A stretch of 55,990 nt of DNA, taken from NCBI GenBank assembly GCA_024641785.1, contig JAHECK010000004.1:1-55990 (forward strand), written 5' to 3'. Positions 1 to 9,734 of the stretch are shown here, one piece after another. Below the pieces are notes generated by a model, which saw only the letters and a list, made by a program, of their open reading frames with translations, was not told the origin of the DNA and ran no database searches. The first letter of the stretch is position 1. Every line of letters starts with the position of its first letter. Origin of the DNA: Flavobacteriales bacterium (lineage in GTDB: Bacteria > Bacteroidota > Bacteroidia > Flavobacteriales_D > JAHECK01). Both the position numbers and the translations under genes were made by a program.

Positions 1-1
1 T

Positions 2-1561
2 GAAGAAGATAACCAATATGAACTGACTAAGTTTGTAAGTGTGGTCTCTTCTTTAAATCACCCACCAAAAGAACATTTTGATATTCTCGCTGAAAATATC
101 AGAATTGCCAGAGCCGAAGGTTTTGAAAGTTTACTTTCTAAGCATCTTGTTAAATGGGAAGAAAAATGGAATTGGAGCGATATTTTGATCGAAGGTGATA
201 TTAGCGCTCAACAAGGAATTCGCTTTAATATCTTTCAATTGAATCAAACCTATACAGGTGAAGATGCCCGATTAAATATAGGCCCAAAAGGGTTTACAGG
301 AGAAAAATATGGAGGCTCTACCTATTGGGATACTGAAGCCTATTGCATTCCTTTCTACCTTAGCACATCCGATTCCAGTGTCGCCAGAAATCTCGTCCTT
401 TATCGCTATAATCATCTTGAAAAAGCGATAGAAAATGCAAAAAAATTAGGCTTTTCAAATGGAGCCGCACTATATCCAATGGTAACGATGAATGGCGAAG
501 AATGCCATAACGAATGGGAAATTACCTTCGAAGAAATTCATCGGAATGGAGCCATCGCACATGGAATTTATGATTATATACGCTATACGGGAGACGAAAA
601 CTATTTAGTTGATTTCGGCTTAGAAGTTTTAATTGGAATTGCCCGATTCTGGTCTCAGCGTTTTAACTGGTCCAAAGATAAAAAGGCCTTCGTAATGCTT
701 GGAGTTACCGGTCCGAATGAGTACGAAAACAACGTAAACAATAATTTTTACACCAATTATATAGCGCGATGGTGTTTAAAATATACCCTGCAAAGTATTG
801 ATAAATGTCAAATTCTGGATGCTAATAAAACAAAAGCCCTTTTCAAAAAACTTTCCTTTACGGATGAAGAAGTTAAGCAATGGAATTCGATTATAAAGGC
901 CGTTTATTTTGCCAGAGATGAGAAAAATGACCTTTTTTTACAGCAAGAAGGCTTCCTTGATAAGGAAATCATCCCTGTATCAAATCTTGATTCGTCTAAC
1001 CTTCCTCTTGTCGACCATTGGTCATGGGATCGTATTTTAAGATCCTGTTATATTAAGCAAGCGGATGTGCTTCAGGGAATGTACTTTTTTGAAGATGAAT
1101 TTGAAGTGGAAACGATCAAACGTCATTTTGATTTTTATGAACCAATTACCGTTCATGAATCTTCCCTTTCACCTTGTGTCCACTCCATCATCGCGGCTAA
1201 AATCTCTTATCCTGATAAAGCATACGAATTCTATTTGCGAACCGCACGCTTGGATCTTGACGATTATAATCACGATACGGATGACGGCTGTCACACGACT
1301 TCAATGGCCGGTACTTGGATGTCGATCGTTCAAGGATTCGGCGGAATGAGAATCGGTGAGAATAAAGTGATTTTCAATCCATTTTTGCCAAAAGAATGGA
1401 CTTCCTATCGATTTCATGTTGTTTATAGATCGACACGATTAAGAGTTGAAGTCAATAAAAATGAAAGCAAAATAAGTCATTTAGCAGGTCCTGAAATAAG
1501 CATCGTTTTACATAATAAAGAACACACACTTTCTCAAAATGCTGTGATCCTTTCAAAATAA
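2..1561 (+). CDS. GH65 maltose phosphorylase, 5'-truncated by the window edge
   Basis: Frame is open from base 2 (EEDNQYELTKFVSV...), so GTG41 is not the true start. GH65 motifs IGPKGFTGEKYGGSTYWDTE, GPNEYE (catalytic Glu), KQADV and HESSLS are present. Adjacent to two GH13 genes. Confidence 0.93.
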   Translation, partial: EEDNQYELTKFVSVVSSLNHPPKEHFDILAENIRIARAEGFESLLSKHLVKWEEKWNWSDILIEGDISAQQGIRFNIFQLNQTYTGEDARLNIGPKGFTGEKYGGSTYWDTEAYCIPFYLSTSDSSVARNLVLYRYNHLEKAIENAKKLGFSNGAALYPMVTMNGEECHNEWEITFEEIHRNGAIAHGIYDYIRYTGDENYLVDFGLEVLIGIARFWSQRFNWSKDKKAFVMLGVTGPNEYENNVNNNFYTNYIARWCLKYTLQSIDKCQILDANKTKALFKKLSFTDEEVKQWNSIIKAVYFARDEKNDLFLQQEGFLDKEIIPVSNLDSSNLPLVDHWSWDRILRSCYIKQADVLQGMYFFEDEFEVETIKRHFDFYEPITVHESSLSPCVHSIIAAKISYPDKAYEFYLRTARLDLDDYNHDTDDGCHTTSMAGTWMSIVQGFGGMRIGENKVIFNPFLPKEWTSYRFHVVYRSTRLRVEVNKNESKISHLAGPEISIVLHNKEHTLSQNAVILSK

Positions 1562-1568
1562 GCTCAGT

Positions 1569-3947
1569 ATGAAAATTAAAATACTCTTATTTCTATTTGT
1601 CATTCAAACACTGGCCTGCAATCCGGTTAAAAAAGAGTATTTAATTGGAATACCGGAATCTCCGGCGATCATAGGATTAGCTAGTCCATTTCAATTAGGA
1701 GGAGATCGATCTTATTTTCTCCAAAGCGAGTATTTTATTCCTTCCATGGCGGATAGTTTAATAGCACCTGAAGGCATTTCTATTCTTCTGAAAGGAGATA
1801 CGGTTTTCTTAGAGGGAAATATCATCGATGCCATTTCGGGAATGAAGGCATATAAAGATGGATTTTCCTATTTCATTCCTCTATTAAAATCAAAGAAGGT
1901 CAATTTCCACTATACTTTTAAAGCTGCTGAAAACGAATACCAAAAAGTAACTATAAGAGGGAGTTTTAATGCCTGGAATGGAGAATCCACGCCACTAAAA
2001 TTTAATAATGGGATTTGGGAAGTAGATCTCTCACTTTCCCCGGGCGAATATGAATATCTTCTGGTGGTCGATGGAAAGGATCTGATCGATCCGAATAATG
2101 GTGTAAAAAAAGACAATGGAATTGGAGGATTTAATTCGATAATAAATATAAAGCAAGAGGATCCCAACAAAATTCCAAGTTTACTCACTTCAAATTTTAG
2201 TGAAGATCAAATAAGCTTAGTTAATTCCATTCCGGGGGCAAAGATCATTGGGCTTTGGGAGAATTTTCAAATTGAAAATTCAAAAATCGAAGTGAAAGGC
2301 GATATAATCACTGTTGAAATTCCTGAAGAAGCAAAACAAATGAATCGATCGGTTTTAAGAATATGGGCTTATACTGATGAAGGTCTTTCAAATGATATTT
2401 ATATTCCACTAAGCAAGGGTAAACCTATCGTAGCCGCAGATCAACTTCAACGTATGGACAAGCATGCAATGATGATGTATTTTCTATTAATTGATCGTTT
2501 TAGTGACGGAGATTCGACAAATGATTTTCCGGTAGATGATCCTTCGATTCTAGCAAAAGCAAACTATTATGGAGGTGATCTGCAGGGAGTCATCGACAAT
2601 TTGAATTCAGGTTATTTTGAAGATCTGGGGATAAATACAATCTGGTTATCTCCCATTACATTAAACCCCGAGGGAGCTTATGGACTATATCCCACTCCTT
2701 ATACAAAATTTTCGGCCTACCATGGTTATTGGCCTATTCGTTCTACAGTAGTCGATTATCGTTATGGGACTATGGATTTGCTTAAAGAACTCATAAAACT
2801 AGCTCACGAAAAAGAGATGAATGTATTGATCGATTATGTAGCGAATCATGTTCATCAGGAACATCCGATCTATATAGAACACCCCGATTGGGTAACCGAT
2901 CTGTATTTACCCGACGGAAGTTTAAATACCGAACGCTGGGATGATCATCGTCTTACCACCTGGTTCGATACCTTTTTACCTACCCTTGATCTAAGTCGGA
3001 TGGAAGTAGTCGATCCGATGACTGATTCTGCACTTTTTTGGTTAAAAGAAGCTGGTTTAGATGGATTTCGACACGATGCGACCAAGCATATTCCGGAAAT
3101 TTTTTGGGAAACGCTTACCCATAAAATAAAAACAGAGATCATCATCCCGGAACAAAGAGACATTTTCCAGATTGGGGAAACTTATGGAAGTAAGGGTTTA
3201 ATAAATAGCTATATCGGGACAGGAAAACTCGATGCTCAATTTGATTTTAATGTCTATGATGATGCCGTGGTCACTTTTGCACGAAAAGACCTCCCTTTTG
3301 ATCGCTTGGAAAAAGGACTTAAAGAAAGCTTTTCAATTTATGGTTACCATAATTTGATGGGATATATCTCCGGAAATCAAGATCGAAGTCGTTTTATTTC
3401 TTTTGCATCCGGTGACATTCGCTTTGATGAAAATCAAAAATTAGCCGGTTGGACCCGGGATATTACGATCACTGATTCATCTGCATTTGACCGATTGGAT
3501 CTACTTCTTGCATTCATTAATACGATACCTGGAATTCCTGTCATTTATTATGGGGATGAGATCGGGTCACCGGGTGCAGGTGATCCTGATAACCGAAGAA
3601 TGATGAAATTCGAGGGATTAAACCAGAGAGAATTAAATCTAAGAAATCATGTGTCTGAACTCTTTCATTTCAGAAAAAACAATCCTTCATTAATCTATGG
3701 TGATACTCGTTTTTTATATAAAAGCGATGATCAGTGGGCATTTGTGCGTTCATGGTTTGGAGAAAATGCCTTAGTTATCTTCAATAAATCCGATAAAGAA
3801 TCATCTCTTAAAATAGATCTTCCAGGTGAAATCAAAGGAAATATAGAGGCGAGTATCAACAATAATCAAAGTATTAAAAAAGAGAAGCAGCAAATCACTA
3901 TTGATCTGGCTCCTTTATCATTCGAAATAATAATTATCAAATCATGA
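1569..3947 (+). CDS. GH13 alpha-amylase-family lipoprotein with CBM48/AMPK-type glycogen-binding module
   Basis: Lipobox TLAC. CBM48-like GSFNAWN...LSPGEYEYLLVVDG...DP. GH13 regions GGDLQG, YHGYW, DYVANH, DGFRHDATKH, IGET, GNQD and IYYGDE. Confidence 0.9.
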   Translation: MKIKILLFLFVIQTLACNPVKKEYLIGIPESPAIIGLASPFQLGGDRSYFLQSEYFIPSMADSLIAPEGISILLKGDTVFLEGNIIDAISGMKAYKDGFSYFIPLLKSKKVNFHYTFKAAENEYQKVTIRGSFNAWNGESTPLKFNNGIWEVDLSLSPGEYEYLLVVDGKDLIDPNNGVKKDNGIGGFNSIINIKQEDPNKIPSLLTSNFSEDQISLVNSIPGAKIIGLWENFQIENSKIEVKGDIITVEIPEEAKQMNRSVLRIWAYTDEGLSNDIYIPLSKGKPIVAADQLQRMDKHAMMMYFLLIDRFSDGDSTNDFPVDDPSILAKANYYGGDLQGVIDNLNSGYFEDLGINTIWLSPITLNPEGAYGLYPTPYTKFSAYHGYWPIRSTVVDYRYGTMDLLKELIKLAHEKEMNVLIDYVANHVHQEHPIYIEHPDWVTDLYLPDGSLNTERWDDHRLTTWFDTFLPTLDLSRMEVVDPMTDSALFWLKEAGLDGFRHDATKHIPEIFWETLTHKIKTEIIIPEQRDIFQIGETYGSKGLINSYIGTGKLDAQFDFNVYDDAVVTFARKDLPFDRLEKGLKESFSIYGYHNLMGYISGNQDRSRFISFASGDIRFDENQKLAGWTRDITITDSSAFDRLDLLLAFINTIPGIPVIYYGDEIGSPGAGDPDNRRMMKFEGLNQRELNLRNHVSELFHFRKNNPSLIYGDTRFLYKSDDQWAFVRSWFGENALVIFNKSDKESSLKIDLPGEIKGNIEASINNNQSIKKEKQQITIDLAPLSFEIIIIKS

Positions 3948-5308
3948 AAAAAATTCTGAGTTACCTCATCATAGCTACCTTTCTATTTTCCTGTGCCCCT
4001 ACTGAAGAAAATAAATCAGTCGATGGAGAAATTTTTAAGGGAAAATTACATCATGTAGATTGGAGTAAAAATGCGACCATTTATGAGGCTAATATTCGGC
4101 AAATGACTCCGGAAGGAACATTTAAAGCACTTGAAGCCCGTTTAGGCGACATTAAAAAGCTTGGTATTAAAATTATATGGCTGATGCCAATTCAACCCAT
4201 TGGAGTACTGAATAGAAAAGGAGGTTTAGGTAGTTACTATTCTGTGAAAGATTATAAAGCGATAAATCCGGAATATGGAGACCTTGAAGATCTTAAATCC
4301 CTGGTTAAAACGGCACACGAAATGGATATGAAGATCATACTCGACTGGGTAGCAAATCATACAGCCTGGGATCATCCATGGACGATCACAAATCCTGAAT
4401 GGTATACTAAAGACTCCTTAGGAAACTTTATGCCACCTGTACCTGACTGGTCTGATGTGATCGATCTTAATTATGACAATGAGGAGATGCGGATTGCGAT
4501 GATCGATGCGATGAAATATTGGATAACAGAAGTGGATGTTGATGGATATCGCTGTGATGTAGCCTATAATGTTCCTAATGATTTCTGGAATAGACTTAGG
4601 AAGGAGTTAGATGAAATCAAACCTGTATTTATGCTTGCAGAAGCAGATCAGGAAGATCATCATTATGAAGCATTTGACATGTCATATGGCTGGGAATTAA
4701 TGCATATCATGAATCATGTTGCGTCTGGCGATTCAAGTTTACAATCCATCGATAGCTACATGGGACGTGAGCAAAAAAGATATGCTAAAAATGATTATCG
4801 AATGTATTTCCTGACAAATCATGACGAGAATTCATGGAATGGAACCATAGAAGAGCGATTTGGAAATGCTGAAAAAGCATTTGCAGTATTGGCTTATACC
4901 ATTAATGGAATGCCTTTGATCTATTCGGGTCAGGAATATGGGAATAATAAAGCACTGGCTTTTTTCGAAAAGGATCAGCCAAATTATGAGCATCCTGAAA
5001 TTTTCGATTTCTATAGTAAATTAATGCATTTGAATAAAAATAATAAAGCATTATGGAATGGTAATTTCGGAGGTTCCTATAAACGCTTATCGACAACAAA
5101 TGATGATGCTGTTTTTGCTTTAAAGCGAGAAATAGATGACAATATGGTTATCTCAATGGTTAATTTTACGAATGAGGAAGTCACTTTTATGCTTTCAGAT
5201 GATGAGTCATATTCGATGGTTGATCTTTTCTCAAATGAAGAAATTGAATTAACAAATAACCTTGAAATTACATTAGCACCTTATGGTTATTTAGTAAAGT
5301 TTAAATAA
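3944..5308 (+). CDS. GH13 alpha-amylase-family lipoprotein
   Basis: Lipobox LFSC. Motifs DWVANH, DGYRCDVA, LAEA and LTNHD give an intact catalytic triad. ATGA overlap with the previous gene. Confidence 0.92.
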   Translation: MKKILSYLIIATFLFSCAPTEENKSVDGEIFKGKLHHVDWSKNATIYEANIRQMTPEGTFKALEARLGDIKKLGIKIIWLMPIQPIGVLNRKGGLGSYYSVKDYKAINPEYGDLEDLKSLVKTAHEMDMKIILDWVANHTAWDHPWTITNPEWYTKDSLGNFMPPVPDWSDVIDLNYDNEEMRIAMIDAMKYWITEVDVDGYRCDVAYNVPNDFWNRLRKELDEIKPVFMLAEADQEDHHYEAFDMSYGWELMHIMNHVASGDSSLQSIDSYMGREQKRYAKNDYRMYFLTNHDENSWNGTIEERFGNAEKAFAVLAYTINGMPLIYSGQEYGNNKALAFFEKDQPNYEHPEIFDFYSKLMHLNKNNKALWNGNFGGSYKRLSTTNDDAVFALKREIDDNMVISMVNFTNEEVTFMLSDDESYSMVDLFSNEEIELTNNLEITLAPYGYLVKFK

Positions 5309-5370
5309 CCATAATTTATTGATTGAAAGTATTTATTAATACGAAATTTGCATTTTAATCTTGGAATACA

Positions 5371-5742
5371 ATGTATAGAATTGCAGTGATTGCACATGAT
5401 GGTAAAAAAGCAGAGATGGTTCAGTTTCTAATGCAACATCTTGATGTTTTTAAACAAAATAATATTGATCTTGTAGCAACCGGCACTACAGGTAAAAACG
5501 CTCGAAAATCCGGACTTGAAGTAGAATGTCTTTTATCAGGTCCGTTGGGAGGTGATGCACAAATAGCAGCTCAAGTAGCAGAAGGAAAGATAGACATGGT
5601 CCTTTTCTTTAGAGATCCACTCGATAAACATCCTCATGAACCGGACATTCAAATGCTAATGAGAATTTGTGATGTTCATAATATTCCAATAGCAACAAAT
5701 CCTGCTACAGCTTCCTCATTAATAAAAAGTCTTGAAAAATAA
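5371..5742 (+). CDS. mgsA: methylglyoxal synthase
   Basis: Signatures IAHDGKK, ATGTTG, SGPLGGDAQI, FFRDPL, PHEPDI and IPIATN. Confidence 0.97.
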   Translation: MYRIAVIAHDGKKAEMVQFLMQHLDVFKQNNIDLVATGTTGKNARKSGLEVECLLSGPLGGDAQIAAQVAEGKIDMVLFFRDPLDKHPHEPDIQMLMRICDVHNIPIATNPATASSLIKSLEK

Positions 5743-5860
5743 CCTGTCTTCAACATAAAACCACCTTCATTTCATAAGTGATAGACAATTAGTTAGAAAT
5801 GAAAATCATCTGACTTGTTTTATGTATAAATTAGGATGATGGACCGGACATTAAACGGAA

Positions 5861-5920
5861 GTCTTCCTTAATTTAATTCATGCTTCCTTCTACGCTGAAC
5901 TTCGGAAGACAAGTTTAAGC
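5861..5920. repeat. intergenic palindromic (REP-like) element
   Basis: GTCTTCC (5861-5867) and GGAAGAC (5904-5910) form a perfect inverted pair. GCTGAACTT (5894-5902) and AAGTTTAAGC (5911-5920) form an imperfect second pair. Confidence 0.35.
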
Positions 5921-6140
5921 GCTTTTGCATTCATTCATTTTAGACCTTAGGTATCCCATAAACGAAATCAGGAAAATCCTTAAAGATCTTTTCTTTTTCG
6001 AAGCTAATTATTGTGCTTAAATAGATCTGTTTTTCCTCATTTATTCGTACCTTTAGAATAGGTGCATTTGAATGATTGTATCCTGAATATGTTCATTGTT
6101 TTGTGCTCCTAATTGATATATACTATCTAAAATTGAAGCC

Positions 6141-7307
6141 ATGAAATTACTGGAGAAAATACTTATAGCAACAGATCTTGGACCTGCCTCTGAAGAGATT
6201 ATAAAGAATGGAAGTGATCTTGCCAAACTACTTGGTGCAAAGGTCGTGCTTCTTTATGTTTTAGATCTAACAAATGAAAATCCTAAAATTCAGGAATTCA
6301 TATTAAAAGCAACAAATACTCAACTTCATCGAATCAAAGATGAGATCATCAATAAAGGAGTAGAATGTGAAGAACCTATCATAGCAAACGGAAGTTCTTA
6401 TAATGAGATCGTCAAGGAAGCGAGTATTAATGATGTCAATCTTATTTTTATTGGTTCCGGAAATGAAACCGGGAAACCTACCTATTCTTTAGGTTTAAAT
6501 GCAAAAAAAATTATCCAAAAAACGAAAATTCCGGTTTGGGTAAATAAACCCAATTCAACTTTAAAGATCAAAAACATCCTTTGTCCGATCGATTTTTCAG
6601 ACTCTTCTGCTCTTGCATTAAAAAATGCGATTGTATTGAGCAAAAAATTTAATGCAAAACTTTCCATTTTGAATGTGTATGAATCTGTGCATCCTGTCGA
6701 TTATTTGGACATCCATTATCTTGAAAAGGAAATTGAAAATGAAAGGAAAATCAATGAAAGTGATTTTCATGATTTTCTCTCTCAAATTGATTTTAGAAAT
6801 ATAAAATTTGAAACCATTCTATTAAGTGGCTTTCCTGATGTTGAGATCCTTAACGCTATTAAAGAAAGAAAAATTGATCTGCTAATAATGGGAACCACCG
6901 GTAAATCGGGTATTGCTAAATTATTTTTAGGAAGTACAACTGAAAAAGTAATTCGTGAGCTTCCATGCTCTTTTATAACGACTAAATCGAAAGATTTAAT
7001 CAAATTGGTTATTGAAACTAAAATGAACGATATCGATACCCATTTTCGAGAAGCGGAATTACTATTTAATGATGGTTTTTTTGAAAAAGCTTTACAAGAG
7101 TATAATTTATGCCTGGATATTGATCCAATGCATATCCGTTCATTAAAAGGAATCGCTTCTGTTTATGATGTAATAGGTGATAAAAAGAAAGCTAAATATT
7201 ATCTTAATCTGGCTGATGAAGTTTACAAGCATATGTGGGATGAGAAAATTGAAAAAGAAGTTCGGAAAAATTACCAGGTAAAAGGAGACTTCCGTTTACA
7301 TCATTAA
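6141..7307 (+). CDS. tandem universal stress protein (Usp-Usp) with C-terminal TPR-like helices
   Basis: Two Usp starts (KILIATDL; KNILCPIDFSDSS). ATP-binding G-2x-G-9x-GS motif in domain 2 (MGTTGKSGIAKLFLGST). C-terminal TPR-like segment (FEKALQEYNLCLDIDP...GIASVYDVIGDKKKA). Confidence 0.88.
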   Translation: MKLLEKILIATDLGPASEEIIKNGSDLAKLLGAKVVLLYVLDLTNENPKIQEFILKATNTQLHRIKDEIINKGVECEEPIIANGSSYNEIVKEASINDVNLIFIGSGNETGKPTYSLGLNAKKIIQKTKIPVWVNKPNSTLKIKNILCPIDFSDSSALALKNAIVLSKKFNAKLSILNVYESVHPVDYLDIHYLEKEIENERKINESDFHDFLSQIDFRNIKFETILLSGFPDVEILNAIKERKIDLLIMGTTGKSGIAKLFLGSTTEKVIRELPCSFITTKSKDLIKLVIETKMNDIDTHFREAELLFNDGFFEKALQEYNLCLDIDPMHIRSLKGIASVYDVIGDKKKAKYYLNLADEVYKHMWDEKIEKEVRKNYQVKGDFRLHH

Positions 7308-7311
7308 TTGA

Positions 7312-8844
7312 TCAATGTGCCCAAAGAGGGAGAATGGTCGCATCATAATCGAATACGAATGGTGCCCAAAAGTAGGTAAGAATTGTAATTAGCAGGATTC
7401 CAATTAAATTCAATATTAATCCGGTTTTTGCCATATCCAAAATTCGTATCTTATTTGTTCCGAAGATAATAGCGTTTGGTGGAGTCGCTACGGGAAGCAT
7501 AAATGCCATCGAGGCACTAATTGTTGCCGGGAGCATTAATAAAAGCGGATTAACGCCTATCGTTAAAGCTAATCCTGCCAGCACAGGGAGTAAGATCTCT
7601 ATCGTAGCGGTATTAGATGTGAATTCCGTTAAAAAAGTAACGACAAATGAAATTATTAAAACAATTACAATGGGGTGCAAACTCTCAATAGAACTCAATT
7701 GCTCTCCAAACCAAATGGAAAGTCCTGATTCTTTAAAGCCACTCGCCAAAGCAAATCCTCCTCCAAATAGCAATACGATATTCCATGGTAAACGCGAAGT
7801 TGTCTTCCAATTCATGATCATTTTACCCTTCTTCTCCCGACTTGGAATTAAAAAGAGAATAATGGCAAGCGCTATTGCTACCGTTCCATCATTAATATAG
7901 TTTGGCTGGGCAAATAGATCTCCCCATCCGGGTATACTGAAATTTCCAAGATCTAAACCATTTCTCGTCAACCACAGAACAATCAATGCAATAAATACAC
8001 TTAGGATGCTCCGTTCTTCAAAGCTAGCTTTTCCAAGCTTTTTATACTGATCTTTAAAGGCGACACCACTCATGACTCCTTTACTGATCTTAGGCCTAAA
8101 TCGATGTTTTAGATATAACCAGGTGATGATAAAAAAAACGATACTAAGCGGCATTGCAAAAATAAACCATGATGAAAAATTGATCTCCGGTGCTTCAGGA
8201 AACATGATCTGCATGATCCTTACAAAGGACAAATTTGGAGGGGTTCCAACTAAAGTAGCAATCCCTCCTATGGATGATCCATAAGCCACTCCTAATAAAA
8301 GCCCGATCGAATACTTACGGAGATCTTCAGGCTCCAAAATATCTTCTAATTTAACGATGATCGATAACAGAATGGGAACCATCATCATGGCGGTAGCCGT
8401 ATTAGATATCCACATAGATAAAAAAGCAGAAGCCAGCATAAAACCTAATAAGATCTTTGAAGGACTACTACCTGTAAACGAAAGGATTTTAAGCGCAATT
8501 CTTTTATGTAGATCCCATTTTTGCATCGCAAGGGCAACGATAAAGCCTCCGATAAATAAGAAAATAACATGATTAAAATAAGCTGAAGAAACATCCTTAC
8601 CATCCATAACACCCAATAAGGGGAACAAAACAATCGGCAAGAGTGAAGTAATAGCAATCGGAATCACTTCGGTGATCCACCACAAAGCCATCAGTATTGC
8701 AACCGCTAAGGTGTAAGTGACAGAAGGATTAGTAGGCTCAAGCTCAACAAAGAAAACAATGTAAATGAACAAAGCCGGTGCTATGTAAAGACCTATAATT
8801 CTTTTAAAATCAAAATTCCTTTTGATATTAACTACATCACTCAT
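7312..8844 (-). CDS. SLC13/DASS sodium:dicarboxylate or sulfate symporter
   Basis: Both SNT motifs (MWISNTATA, EFTSNTAT), TLVGTPPN, AFMLPVATPPNAI and many transmembrane segments. Confidence 0.95.
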   Translation of the reverse strand: MSDVVNIKRNFDFKRIIGLYIAPALFIYIVFFVELEPTNPSVTYTLAVAILMALWWITEVIPIAITSLLPIVLFPLLGVMDGKDVSSAYFNHVIFLFIGGFIVALAMQKWDLHKRIALKILSFTGSSPSKILLGFMLASAFLSMWISNTATAMMMVPILLSIIVKLEDILEPEDLRKYSIGLLLGVAYGSSIGGIATLVGTPPNLSFVRIMQIMFPEAPEINFSSWFIFAMPLSIVFFIITWLYLKHRFRPKISKGVMSGVAFKDQYKKLGKASFEERSILSVFIALIVLWLTRNGLDLGNFSIPGWGDLFAQPNYINDGTVAIALAIILFLIPSREKKGKMIMNWKTTSRLPWNIVLLFGGGFALASGFKESGLSIWFGEQLSSIESLHPIVIVLIISFVVTFLTEFTSNTATIEILLPVLAGLALTIGVNPLLLMLPATISASMAFMLPVATPPNAIIFGTNKIRILDMAKTGLILNLIGILLITILTYFWAPFVFDYDATILPLWAH

Positions 8845-8976
8845 TTACTTTTAAGCTTGAATGAATAAAGTTAAAATAATTGAAATGCCGTCCAAGAGAA
8901 GCAGGGATGAAAATATAAACAAGGGTGAATATTAAATGTAAGATTATGGAAGCGACTTTCGTATAAAAAGAACTTT

Positions 8977-9726
8977 TTACTTCTTAAGAAACTGCCCCAG
9001 TTTAGACAAAGGTTTTTTTATCAGGGTAAAAGGAGCCGGTTTAAGCCCGTTTACAAGCCATGCTTTTTTATCTTCCCTATTAGCTTTTAAACGATTGATA
9101 AGACTGGCATTACTTTGGCCTCCTTGTCTCATTTTTACCATTATTTCCGGTAAGTAGCTCAATTTAATTTTATGCTTATGAATAAAGCGGAGCATGATCT
9201 CATAATCTGCTGCTGAATTAAACTCTAGGTTAAATGAAGAAAATGCATCATAGATCTTTTTTCTAACATAGAATGTGGGATGTGGGGGCATCCAGCCTTT
9301 TAAAAAAGCACCTTCCTTATATTTTCCGGAGATCCATTTCCGCTTAACCTTGCTTAGATCAATTCGATCAACATATTCCAAATCGCCATAAACAGCATCG
9401 ATTTCAGGATCTTCGAAAGCTTTGCAAACCTTTCCTAAAATCTCATCATTAGTAAAAACATCATCCGAATTCAGGATTCCGATTACATCACCGGTCGCTA
9501 ATTGAATGCCTTTATTCATGGCATCGTAAATACCTTTGTCTTTTTCAGATAAGAATACAGCTATTTTACTTTTATAAGCTTCAACGATATTTAGGGTTTT
9601 GTCGGTAGAGGCTCCATCAATAAGAATATATTCAAGATCGATGTTTTTTTGAGCTAAAACAGATTGAATGGTTTCTTCAATCGTTTCTTCGCTATTATAG
9701 GATACCGTAATAAGTGAAATTTTCAT
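8977..9726 (-). CDS. glycosyltransferase family 2 (WcaE-like)
   Basis: KISLITVSYNS, IDGASTD, DKGIYDAMNKG, ILNSDD, PPHPT and ADYE. Confidence 0.93.
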   Translation of the reverse strand: MKISLITVSYNSEETIEETIQSVLAQKNIDLEYILIDGASTDKTLNIVEAYKSKIAVFLSEKDKGIYDAMNKGIQLATGDVIGILNSDDVFTNDEILGKVCKAFEDPEIDAVYGDLEYVDRIDLSKVKRKWISGKYKEGAFLKGWMPPHPTFYVRKKIYDAFSSFNLEFNSAADYEIMLRFIHKHKIKLSYLPEIMVKMRQGGQSNASLINRLKANREDKKAWLVNGLKPAPFTLIKKPLSKLGQFLKK

Positions 9727-9734
9727 CTTAAGTC

